The notes below the pieces were generated by a model. The model saw only the letters and a program-made list of their open reading frames with translations, did not search any database and was not told the DNA's origin. Made by a program: the position numbers and the translations under genes. This document shows, piece after piece, positions 9,717 to 18,260 of a stretch of DNA of 64,000 nt. The DNA is taken from positions 1-64,000 of the forward strand of contig CAVSLC010000021.1 of the NCBI GenBank assembly GCA_963728565.1, read 5' to 3'. Source of the stretch: an uncultured delta proteobacterium. GTDB lineage: Bacteria > Desulfobacterota > Binatia > UBA9968. Every line of letters starts with the position of its first letter. Position 1 is the stretch's first letter.

Positions 9717-10340
9717 TCAAGGAGGGCTCGGGCTCAATGCCCGCATATCTTTCAAAAAATCGCTGAACTGCCATTGCGGACCCAAGAAACTGATTCTGCG
9801 GGTGCCATGGGCATCACTCAAGGTCGTTAAATTCGTGTGTTGCACCAGCCCACGGCCTCTCCGGATCACTTGAACACCGAAACCTTTCCAGACATCTTTC
9901 AGGCGTGACTCATCGCCGGTTAAGAATGCCCAGTTGTGAAAATCGGCGCCGAACCGTTGTGCATACGCCTTCAATACTTTCGGCGAATCAATTTCCGGGT
10001 CGGTGGTAATGCTCACAAGAAAAGAATTCAGTTGAGTTTGGGTGCGAAGCGCTTGTTGCAGCCGGGCAAATTCCACCGTGAATAGCGGGCAAACGTCGGA
10101 GCAGGTGGTATAAATGAAATTCACCGCGACGATTTTGCCGCGCAGTTTGATGTCAGCGTCAAATGGATTACCTTCTTGATCTATCAACGTGAAAGAAGGC
10201 ATCTTCGCGTTCGAGGTAACTCGACGCGACGCTTCTGTTTTCGTCTTGATAGGTTCATGGGCTGTGACGGTGCTCGCAACCGCGCCGGTAGTGAAGACGA
10301 GTAGCGTTATCAGGCAGCTATTTGCTAACTTCAAACGCAT
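9717..10340 (-). CDS. SCO1/SenC-family protein
   Basis: FIYTTCSDVCP, ITTDPEIDS, QHTNLTTL; ATG at 10340 overlaps the upstream gene by 23 nt. Confidence 0.9.
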   Translation of the reverse strand: MRLKLANSCLITLLVFTTGAVASTVTAHEPIKTKTEASRRVTSNAKMPSFTLIDQEGNPFDADIKLRGKIVAVNFIYTTCSDVCPLFTVEFARLQQALRTQTQLNSFLVSITTDPEIDSPKVLKAYAQRFGADFHNWAFLTGDESRLKDVWKGFGVQVIRRGRGLVQHTNLTTLSDAHGTRRISFLGPQWQFSDFLKDMRALSPSPP

Positions 10341-11262
10341 AGGTGAGCGCCAAGTCTCGGAAGTTCTTCCTAACCGATTTTTCCAGCAGATAAGCCATCG
10401 AGAACTCTTGCTGAGTTCCCGCTTCGAGCACAAGGCGTTGCCCGAGGCCGCAGTCGATCATCTCGAGATAGTCGGCGGCCTCCGTCGGTTCGATCAAGTG
10501 GCGCATGGCCAGAACCACTCTGTGCCTGCCGCGATTATTAATCTTCAAATTGACCTGAAAAGGCTCTTCCCCTCGGGTGATAATTTCATGCTGTAAAAGT
10601 TTGATCTCAACGTCTGATCTTTCGGCCAAGACCGTATGCGCCTTGACCTTCGTTCCGCCGGCCCAGTCGTTAAAGATTTTCCAGGCATTTCCCTCTCGAA
10701 TGAGCTCGAATGTTTCATGTCCCTGAATCCTCGGCAGATTGCCGCTTCGCATTCGCGCAGCCAGCGCATCAAGCAAGAGGGTCTGCTCCCCGGTCGAAAG
10801 TGAATTCAGCTTTTCTGAATTCCAGTCCCATACCAGCGCCGAAACATCTTCGGAAGCTGGTACAGAGTACTCGACTTTGATTATTGACCGATTGCTCTCG
10901 GTGGATTCGTCAATGAGATGCAAGTCCATGAAATCAGCGAGTTTACCGGCTAACCGAGCTGTAAAGCCGGTTAACTCTTCTTGCCCTTGAACATAACTAT
11001 CTTCAGCGCGAACTCTCTGGTCCGCTGCTGAGATATAGCGATAAGCGGCTCGGTAATCGCGCGCGTAAGTCGCCTTTAGATAGGATCGGATTACCGCTAG
11101 CGGGTCGTTCGCTTCGGTTTGTTGACGGCCTCGGTCTTGTAAGTGAACTGTAATTAAAGCCGTCGGAGCAAACAGGATCAATACGAGAAGTGTCCTGCGC
11201 AGTACAGTAAGAACCGTAGGAAAGTAACGCAAAATCTGTCTTGCGTGCAATTTTGATCTCAT
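10318..11262 (-). CDS. NTF2-like + Cox11/CtaG-like fusion protein (paralog C)
   Basis: YLKATYARDYRAAYRYIS; EPFQVNLKINN...RHLIEP...DYLEMIDCGL...LEAGTQQEF...LTYAF. Confidence 0.7.
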   Translation of the reverse strand: MRSKLHARQILRYFPTVLTVLRRTLLVLILFAPTALITVHLQDRGRQQTEANDPLAVIRSYLKATYARDYRAAYRYISAADQRVRAEDSYVQGQEELTGFTARLAGKLADFMDLHLIDESTESNRSIIKVEYSVPASEDVSALVWDWNSEKLNSLSTGEQTLLLDALAARMRSGNLPRIQGHETFELIREGNAWKIFNDWAGGTKVKAHTVLAERSDVEIKLLQHEIITRGEEPFQVNLKINNRGRHRVVLAMRHLIEPTEAADYLEMIDCGLGQRLVLEAGTQQEFSMAYLLEKSVRKNFRDLALTYAFEVSK

Positions 11263-11271
11263 CCGGAAAGC

Positions 11272-11712
11272 CTATTTGACCATAAAGGTGACTTGATCAA
11301 TGGCGTCCATCTCGCTTTTATGGTCCTCTGCAACGACGCGTAGTTCCAAAATGTATTTCCCGGGCTTAATCCCGGTGAGGGTCCCTGTTTGGCTGTTGAA
11401 CATTCCCATCAATTCGCCATTCACATAAGCATGCACATGGTGGCCCCGTTTTCCTTTGACTAGTTTAAACTCCAGGGGAATTTGGTCTTTGCTAAAAATC
11501 TGGTCTTTTGTCGGGGATATTATTTTCACGCTGGCGCCATCGGCCGGCAATAGCTTGCCGCCTTGGCTGGCTCTGTCCGACCGGTTTGTCCGCCCGTCTT
11601 GATGCTGGTGACCCGACTCGGCCGCGACGGAATCATCACCAAAAAAAGGATTTGCCATAATGGTGGCGCCGGCAATTAGCGCTCTTAACGTACGGTCAAT
11701 TGATTTTGGCAT
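11272..11712 (-). CDS. Exported His-rich Ig-like beta protein, putative metal chaperone
   Basis: Signal peptide, GHQHQ after cleavage, SVKIISP...GHHVHAYVNG...PGKYILELRVVAEDH; SD GAGGAG. Confidence 0.65.
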   Translation of the reverse strand: MPKSIDRTLRALIAGATIMANPFFGDDSVAAESGHQHQDGRTNRSDRASQGGKLLPADGASVKIISPTKDQIFSKDQIPLEFKLVKGKRGHHVHAYVNGELMGMFNSQTGTLTGIKPGKYILELRVVAEDHKSEMDAIDQVTFMVK

Positions 11713-11787
11713 TCATATCTCCTCAGGCTCACCACTCCCCAACCCGGACAACCGCTTCCAGCTGGAGCAGCCGGTGCTCATAAAGAA

Positions 11788-12348
11788 TCACCTTCGTATA
11801 CCGGCATTCATGAGCGCTGTCGATAAGCGTTCCGGCGTGAGTGGGCCGATGATGATGTCGCGGATGATGCCTTGACGGTCAATAAAAAAGGTTGCTGGCG
11901 GACCAAAGATCCGATAGGCCCGCTTCACCGTGCTATTCAAGTCAAGCGCAATAGGAAGAGTAAGTTTAAACTCTTTAGCATATTCTGTCACTGCGGCACG
12001 ACTGTCTTCGACGGCAATCCCAAGGACGCTGTAACCTTTGTTCCCCGATTGAGCCGCGAGTTCGTTGATAAGCGGCATTTCTTCCCGGCATGGATCGCAC
12101 CAGCTAGCAAAGAAATTAATCACCAATGGCTTGCCACGGAGGTTTGTCAGGCTGATTGGTTTGCCATCGAGCGTTTTGAGTTCAAACGGAGTCGCCGCCG
12201 CGCCAATCTGCGGCGCAGCGTTTTGCCTTGGAGGATGAGAGTGCTGTGCTTGCACGGTAGCGCAGGGAGACCCAAAGGCAAGAACGCAGCCCAATAAAAA
12301 TGCACCACGGCCAAGTATCGTAACAATAGTGGATTCCATTTTTTTCAT
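11788..12348 (-). CDS. TlpA/ResA-family thiol-disulfide oxidoreductase
   Basis: INFFASWCDPCREEMP, cis-Pro loop GPPATFFIDRQG; signal peptide followed by QHSH. Confidence 0.92.
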   Translation of the reverse strand: MKKMESTIVTILGRGAFLLGCVLAFGSPCATVQAQHSHPPRQNAAPQIGAAATPFELKTLDGKPISLTNLRGKPLVINFFASWCDPCREEMPLINELAAQSGNKGYSVLGIAVEDSRAAVTEYAKEFKLTLPIALDLNSTVKRAYRIFGPPATFFIDRQGIIRDIIIGPLTPERLSTALMNAGIRR

Positions 12349-13715
12349 TTGGCTACCGTCGCGCTTCGAAGCGCCGCTCGGGAGTTCTCGCCGTCGGTTT
12401 CCGTCCAGGCAACGTGCAGCCGATCTTTAAAAAGCGCCAGGACAGGACGGCTGGCGTTGCCTTCGGCGTTACTCACCTGCTGGATAGGTCCCCAAGAACG
12501 GCCATCAGGTGATAAAGTGCGAAGAAAAATCTGCGCTCTGTTGTTGCCGTCGAGATTACTCCACGCCAGGTAGACTGTGTCGTCGTTGCCCAGTATTAAA
12601 GTTGAGTAGAGAATTTCCGGAGCCGTGTTTGCGTGCACTAGTTGCCGTGCTTGAAAGCCCTTACCGCCATCAGTAGAAACGCTGTAATAAATTCCTGCCT
12701 CGCGTTCGGTCCGACCGAGCGTGAACCATGTCACGTGCAGCCACCCGCGAGAGTCTCCTCCGATGCTCGGACCGGAGTGGGGGCAGGAGGGAACTTGCCA
12801 GCCATCATCGCTGATCACTACAGGCGCGGCGAATGTTTTGCCGCCATCTATGGACTTACGCAACACATGGTTGCGAATCTGATGATCGTCTACTTGCCGA
12901 TCGACTAGGTAAACTGTCCTGCCCCCGTCCGCAAAAGCAACACCGAGCTTGCAACATTCGCACAGTCCTTTGCCCACCGAGTAATTCCTCGTGAGATCGT
13001 TTCCATTGGAATCGAGCTTCATAAGATACAGCTGGCGTGGATTAGGATTATCTATGCGACGATCGATCCAGGCCAGCAATACGCTACCATCCGGCGATAC
13101 TTCGATGATCGGAAAACGCGCGGCATCTCTAACTTCATTGAGGGTTCGCGCCGGGCTGAAGCCGCCCTTTTCGTCTTCCATTGCGAAGCGGATGTTGGCG
13201 CGAGTTTTGTCGCCTTTCCCACCGGAGGTGGACCACGCGACATAAGCTTTGTTGTTCATCCCGAACGCGACTTTAGGGCCGTTCTCTCCTTCTTGGATGG
13301 CCTCCGCCGAGCGGTTCACCTGTTTGACCCAAGACCAAGTCTTGCCGCCGTCGCTCGACGCCGCCAAAAACGCGTTACGCATCGGCGACGGCGCCATCTT
13401 GCCGGACGGATGGGGTTGATGCGCGGCGGACTGAGTTTTCTCAGAACTCGAGCCGTGGTCAGCTTCGATCCAGATGGCGAACAATCGGCCATCCGGACTA
13501 TAGCGGAGAAATGGGGTCGAAGGGTTGTTGTCGCTTTGTCCCAGGCGTTGCTCCGGGCCAAAGGCTAGATTTACCGTGCGCCGGGAAGCGCCGGGCGTGG
13601 TGTTATGACCGCTGCAAGCCGTTAAAAATAGACACAGCGACAGTGCAATAGTAAGTGGTCGCGCCTGGAATGTCGCATAAGCGATCCGAGGCGGAAAATC
13701 GTTTTTCTTGTTCAT
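12345..13715 (-). CDS. BNR/Asp-box (sialidase-like) beta-propeller lipoprotein with CECC and CPH motifs
   Basis: Lipobox LTAC; Asp-boxes SSDGGKTW, SIDGGKTF, STDGGKGF; GLCECCKL and PSCPHSGP; start reassigned to MNKKNDF at 13715. Confidence 0.85.
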   Translation of the reverse strand: MNKKNDFPPRIAYATFQARPLTIALSLCLFLTACSGHNTTPGASRRTVNLAFGPEQRLGQSDNNPSTPFLRYSPDGRLFAIWIEADHGSSSEKTQSAAHQPHPSGKMAPSPMRNAFLAASSDGGKTWSWVKQVNRSAEAIQEGENGPKVAFGMNNKAYVAWSTSGGKGDKTRANIRFAMEDEKGGFSPARTLNEVRDAARFPIIEVSPDGSVLLAWIDRRIDNPNPRQLYLMKLDSNGNDLTRNYSVGKGLCECCKLGVAFADGGRTVYLVDRQVDDHQIRNHVLRKSIDGGKTFAAPVVISDDGWQVPSCPHSGPSIGGDSRGWLHVTWFTLGRTEREAGIYYSVSTDGGKGFQARQLVHANTAPEILYSTLILGNDDTVYLAWSNLDGNNRAQIFLRTLSPDGRSWGPIQQVSNAEGNASRPVLALFKDRLHVAWTETDGENSRAALRSATVAK

Positions 13716-13827
13716 AGAACCGCCCTCATAAAGACGTAGCTCCGCGGTTCCGGCGCAATGCCGGGAATTTGCGAGCTGTTGTTGCCGCGGTGAAAAACTC
13801 CGGCATTCTGCCGAGAGATAGCTAAGT

Positions 13828-14238
13828 CTAGGCTCGCGGAGGCGCTCGCTGGGAGGACAGAGAACGGCTGACCTGGTAGGGCGCTGAAACCGGAGAATCA
13901 GGCTGGGCTTTAATCTCAGGCCCGTGATAGGCAATTTCTACCGGCTGATAAAAGAATAAATGCGAATTCTGCGCAACCGTTTGCGCGACGCAGTCGGAGT
14001 TGGTGGAGCTTTGGCCGCGATCTGAATTTGCCGGGCCGCTGTGATGATCGTGCCCGTGTTCATGACCCTCGCTAGCAGCTGCAACTGGCGCCGTTTCATG
14101 ATTGCCGCCCTGCGATGGTGGTAGATTCTCAAAGAGGTGATGAACCCGATGCGGTGCCGAAGAGGCGAGCAGTAGAAAAAAGAAGCTGACTACGGCCAGA
14201 GTTAGACTCCGGCTTGGATTAACGATTCTCTTTCTCAC
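13828..14238 (-). CDS. DUF2946/CruR-like His-rich leader protein ending in RAPP (putative ribosome-arrest peptide)
   Basis: N-terminal TM/signal, HRVHH, GHEHGHDHH, single Cys (DCVAQ), Pro/Ser-rich linker, C-terminal QRAPPRA-stop. Confidence 0.75.
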   Translation of the reverse strand: MRKRIVNPSRSLTLAVVSFFFLLLASSAPHRVHHLFENLPPSQGGNHETAPVAAASEGHEHGHDHHSGPANSDRGQSSTNSDCVAQTVAQNSHLFFYQPVEIAYHGPEIKAQPDSPVSAPYQVSRSLSSQRAPPRA

Positions 14239-14470
14239 AGCCTCAGACCATTTATCAGTGTTCGGTGTTACGGCAATGTCGAGCGACCCGTATCATTATT
14301 CAGGTTTGGGCATGGAAGATCAATGAGGCTCGGCGAAAGCACAACGAAAGCCGCGCGTTAGATGAGCCCCGCCGCGCAAACGCTGGGTGATACCAGCCAG
14401 CCCACGCTGATGAGAGATGATGGAGGAAAGCTAACATCGCGCGTTATCCTCGATAAAGCGTACTTCTGAA

Positions 14471-15307
14471 CTAGTCGATCCAAGAGGTCTTCGAAGGTCC
14501 TGTGCGCAGCAGCATGGTCGATTCCAAGATAATAAACAGCGCGGCGGCGGTGAGCACGATGGTCGCGGCCGATGAAATGTCTAAGTAAAAACTCAGATAC
14601 ATGCCGACGGCACTGCAGAATATTCCGATCAGAGGCGAGACGCACAGCAGCGTCCCAAAGCGCTTCGTGAGATAGCGGCCGATGACCGGCGGAATCACCA
14701 TGGCCGCGGCAACCAGGGTGACGCCGAGGATCTGAGTCGAGGCCAGCACCGTAATTGCCAGCAAGATAACAAAGAACAAGTCGGTTTTTCCGGTGGCGAT
14801 GCCATAAGCCGAGGCCACCTCGGGATCAAAGGTCAGAAACAGCAACTGCCGGCGCATCACAATGAGCGCCACGAAAACTATGATGGAAATAGAGGCAACG
14901 ATCCAGAGGTCTCTTGAAGTGATGCCGAGAATATTGCCGAAAAGGGCGGCTTCGATGTTCCGTGTAAAACTCCGGTAAGTGGATACAATGGCAACCCCCA
15001 AGGCAAAGCTGGAAGTGGTGACCACGCCGATGGCCGCATCGGCGCCGACCCAGCGGCGGTGGCTGATCCGGTGAATCAAATATGCCGCTATGAGCGCCCA
15101 TAGACCGGCGCCGAAAAAGAAGTTGATGTTGATCACGTAGCTCAATACGGCGCCGCCGAAAATCGCATGAGATAAACCGTGGCCGATGTAGCTCATGCGG
15201 CGCAGTACGACATAAACGCCGATGAAGCCGCAAAGCGCGCCGACAAGCACAGCGGCGATGAAGCCGTTGCGAAAAAACTCGTACTCAAACGGGGCGAGTA
15301 AATACAT
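14471..15307 (-). CDS. Metal ABC transporter permease (ZnuB/MntB family)
   Basis: IGVYVVLRRMSYIGHGLSHAIFGG, LFGNIL, TFDPEVA. Confidence 0.93.
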   Translation of the reverse strand: MYLLAPFEYEFFRNGFIAAVLVGALCGFIGVYVVLRRMSYIGHGLSHAIFGGAVLSYVININFFFGAGLWALIAAYLIHRISHRRWVGADAAIGVVTTSSFALGVAIVSTYRSFTRNIEAALFGNILGITSRDLWIVASISIIVFVALIVMRRQLLFLTFDPEVASAYGIATGKTDLFFVILLAITVLASTQILGVTLVAAAMVIPPVIGRYLTKRFGTLLCVSPLIGIFCSAVGMYLSFYLDISSAATIVLTAAALFIILESTMLLRTGPSKTSWID

Positions 15308-15311
15308 TTCA

Positions 15312-15393
15312 GTTTAAGTCGTTCAAAAAGTTCAAACTGTTCAAGCCGTCTTCGGACGTTTTGAACGTTTTGAACGGCTGCAACGATTTGAAC
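15312..15393. repeat. Inverted array of 9-bp GTTCAA units around a C-TTCG-G loop (REP-like palindrome)
   Basis: GTTTAAGTC GTTCAAAAA GTTCAAACT GTTCAAGCC GTC-TTCG-GAC GTTTTGAAC GTTTTGAAC GGCTGCAAC GATTTGAAC fills the intergenic space. Confidence 0.8.
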
Positions 15394-15402
15394 AGCTTTG
15401 AT

Positions 15403-16263
15403 CTAAGTATGCGGCGCGTGCGGGCGCTCGCCGATCATGACCATGCCGTCATGATGAAACACGACCATTTCGCCTCGATATGTCTCTTTGAGCACGTCGG
15501 CATTGAAGACTTGGTACGGACGGCCTTCGGCGATCAAACGCCGGTTCAGACAAACGGCCCAGGGAAGGTGGGCCGCGACCCAGTTCAAATCGTGGGCGGT
15601 AATGACGATGGCAACTCCGCTGTGGTTGATCTCGTGCAAAAAATGAATCACATCGTCGCGCGAGCGAATATCGAGTCCAGCGGTGGGCTCGTCGAGCAGG
15701 ATCAGCTTCGGACTGCCTAAAAGGGCGCGTCCCAGGAATACGGCCTGTTGCTGACCTCCGGAGAGTTCTCGGATATGGCGATTGCCAAGCCCGCTAAGAT
15801 TCAGCCGCGCCATGACCTCCCTGCGTTTTTGCTTTTCTTCAGCACCGGGACCGCGAAACCACCGATTGTTATTATAAAAGCCCATGGCAATCACTTCTTC
15901 GACGGTGATGGGAAAGTTCCAATCAATGGTCTCCAACTGCGGCACATAGCCGATCCGTTCCAATGAAGCTCGTCGCAGCTTCTCGCCCTGCATCAGAATT
16001 TCGCCTTGCGTTAGCGGGACCATCTTCAGGATTGTTCGCAGCAGTGTGGTTTTCCCGCCGCCGTTGGGCCCGACGATCGCCATGAACTGTCCCGGCCAGA
16101 TCTTGAGCGAGAGGTTTTCCAGCGCGGTGGTAGACCCATAGGCACTGCTGACATCAACCAATTCAATCAATGGGACTGTACTGGACGGGCGCTCAACGCG
16201 TTCCTCAACGCCTGGAGGATGGAGGCTCTGCGGGTCCCCCGGCCGGTGGTCGTGCGGGTTCAT
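15403..16263 (-). CDS. Metal ABC transporter ATPase (ZnuC/MntA family)
   Basis: GPNGGGKTT, IGYVPQ, LSGGQQQ, LLDEPTAGLD, HDL. Confidence 0.93.
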   Translation of the reverse strand: MNPHDHRPGDPQSLHPPGVEERVERPSSTVPLIELVDVSSAYGSTTALENLSLKIWPGQFMAIVGPNGGGKTTLLRTILKMVPLTQGEILMQGEKLRRASLERIGYVPQLETIDWNFPITVEEVIAMGFYNNNRWFRGPGAEEKQKRREVMARLNLSGLGNRHIRELSGGQQQAVFLGRALLGSPKLILLDEPTAGLDIRSRDDVIHFLHEINHSGVAIVITAHDLNWVAAHLPWAVCLNRRLIAEGRPYQVFNADVLKETYRGEMVVFHHDGMVMIGERPHAPHT

Positions 16264-16275
16264 GCGTCGACCTGT

Positions 16276-17289
16276 CTAATCCTTCCGCCGGTAATTGGCG
16301 TGGGAGCCTGCCACGGGTGAGGGATCGACCTTCTTTAATGATTCGGCAGAACCTCCGAGCGCTTCAAACATAATGGAGAGATTTTCAAGCATCATACCTA
16401 TATAGGAGTGCCGCGCCTCGCCGGGCTTGCCCGGCAATTCATCGTCCCGGAGCTTATCGATGTAGCGGGTTTTGCCTTCCCGGGCTATCTGTTCGAGAAC
16501 CGGACTGGGAAAAACTTCTGATCCAAAGACGGCAGGGACTTTTTCTCTTCTGATCTGATCGATGAGCCTTTTTACCTCCCTAACGCTCGGATCGGAGAAA
16601 TCCGACGGCTGAACAGCGCCGATGATATGAAAGCCATAACGGCGTGCGAAATACGGCCACGAATCATGATACGTGAGCAGGCGCCGGTTACTTTCGGGTA
16701 TCGTCCTAACGGATTCCTCTATTGCGCTGTCGAGCGCCTCGAGCTTCTTCAAGAACGCAGCCGCATTTGCTTCATAGGCGCTCTTATTGTTGAAATCGAG
16801 CCGAATCAGCTCGTCGCGAATCAGAGTAGCGTAACGCATGGCATGCTGAGGGTTGAGCCACAGATGCGGATTTGGGTGGCCATGCTCTTTGGGGAAACTG
16901 AAATCGTAAATATATTCCTTTTCGCTGATCGTCTTCTCGCCGAGAAGAAGCAGCGCGACGCCTTTTTTCATATTCGCCCGCGCCAGATTCAGCGTCGGAA
17001 TTTCGAGATCCAGCCCATTGCCGATGAGCAGGTCCGCCTGCGCAAGTAACTTGACGTCTGACGGCACGGGCTCAAACGTATGAGAATTGATTCCTTCGGG
17101 AATGATTCCGGTGAGACCAATTTTATCACCCCCGATGTTCTCGACGATACTGGTGATCGGCGCGACGGTGCTGACCACGTTTAGCCTTTCGGCCTTGACG
17201 GATTGTTTATCTTCCTGTCGGCCACAGGCATTGATAGCGCACGCTAAGACGACCACAACCAGGTAAGAGAGCTTGCCTTTATAATTCAT
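16276..17289 (-). CDS. Metal ABC transporter substrate-binding lipoprotein (cluster A-I, ZnuA/TroA family)
   Basis: Lipobox INAC; NSHTFEP, NPHLWL, TYHDSWPYF; start at MNYKGK 17289. Confidence 0.93.
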   Translation of the reverse strand: MNYKGKLSYLVVVVLACAINACGRQEDKQSVKAERLNVVSTVAPITSIVENIGGDKIGLTGIIPEGINSHTFEPVPSDVKLLAQADLLIGNGLDLEIPTLNLARANMKKGVALLLLGEKTISEKEYIYDFSFPKEHGHPNPHLWLNPQHAMRYATLIRDELIRLDFNNKSAYEANAAAFLKKLEALDSAIEESVRTIPESNRRLLTYHDSWPYFARRYGFHIIGAVQPSDFSDPSVREVKRLIDQIRREKVPAVFGSEVFPSPVLEQIAREGKTRYIDKLRDDELPGKPGEARHSYIGMMLENLSIMFEALGGSAESLKKVDPSPVAGSHANYRRKD

Positions 17290-17299
17290 GGAAGCTTGT

Positions 17300-18199
17300 C
17301 TATCTCCGAAGCCGGAATCGGTAAACGTAGGTGAACTCGGCCGGGACATTCTGGCCGTCGTTCTGGGCAGGCTGGAAACGGGCCTGCTTCACTGCCTTCA
17401 GGGCCTCATCGTCGAAACCGGCGCCGCCGCTCTTGATGATTTCTGCGTCGGTTACGGTTCCTTTGCTGTCGATTGTGACTCTTAAGGTAACGTCGCTTTC
17501 TACTCCCATGCGCAGAGCCATGGGTGGATACGTCGCCCGAACAGTTTGCACTGGCTTGGCTTCGCGTCCGGTAGGAACCGGAATTGTTGGTGCCGGCAGA
17601 CCCGGTGTCCCTGAATCTCGCCCGAACCCGGGAGACGCCGTGCCGCCGGCTCCTGCCGATCCGGGAATGACCCCCAACTCTCCCATGCCGGAAAGGTTCC
17701 CCGCGCCGGCCTCGGCGCCACCACCTTCAGCCGGAGCGGTCGGATATTGTGGCACTGCTTTCTTTGGCAGAGTGGTGTGAGACTGGGGCGATTCCACAGC
17801 TTCCTCTGGAGGAGGCGACGTCACTCCCGAGGGGGGAACTGGCTCAACGGGTGGTTTCTTGGCCACGAGCTCGTCTCTTTCCGGTTTCGGTAATTTAGGT
17901 TTAGGAGCGGCCAGCGACGGTTTCTTAACCGAGTTTGGTGTCTCTTGCCGGGACGGCGTTTCTTGCTTCACTGGGGGCAGTTCAAGAAGTCCGACCGGAA
18001 TCAACTCCCGGTGTCGCAAAATACTGTCTTCGTTCTTGAACGCCGTCGGCGCCACAATCACGACGACCGCATGGATCAGGCATGAAGCAACCAGCGAGAA
18101 AGCCAGCCTGGAATCATCTAGCAAAATCATGAATGTAGCTTTACGGTGGCGAGACCATAACCTGGCCGACTTTGAGAATGAGCTCGATAAACGCAACAT
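17300..18199 (-). CDS. tonB: Energy transducer TonB
   Basis: TM with SCLIH motif, Pro/Lys-rich linker, C-terminal YPPMALRMGVESDV...FDDEALKAVKQARFQPA; start may be 18130. Confidence 0.88.
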   Translation of the reverse strand: MLRLSSSFSKSARLWSRHRKATFMILLDDSRLAFSLVASCLIHAVVVIVAPTAFKNEDSILRHRELIPVGLLELPPVKQETPSRQETPNSVKKPSLAAPKPKLPKPERDELVAKKPPVEPVPPSGVTSPPPEEAVESPQSHTTLPKKAVPQYPTAPAEGGGAEAGAGNLSGMGELGVIPGSAGAGGTASPGFGRDSGTPGLPAPTIPVPTGREAKPVQTVRATYPPMALRMGVESDVTLRVTIDSKGTVTDAEIIKSGGAGFDDEALKAVKQARFQPAQNDGQNVPAEFTYVYRFRLRR

Positions 18200-18260
18200 A
18201 TAAATTTTTATTCTTTACTTGCGCGAGCGGTTGTTTTCAATGCCGACCTACGTCTCAGCC

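Noticed and set aside
13716-13934. N-terminal 73 aa of the 529-aa ORF 12345-13934
   Set aside because: Overlaps the RAPP leader in another frame; the SD and lipoprotein signal fit a start at 13715
15312-15393. CRISPR array interpretation of the GTTCAA repeats
   Set aside because: Units are 9 bp, inverted, with no unique spacers and no cas genes in the window
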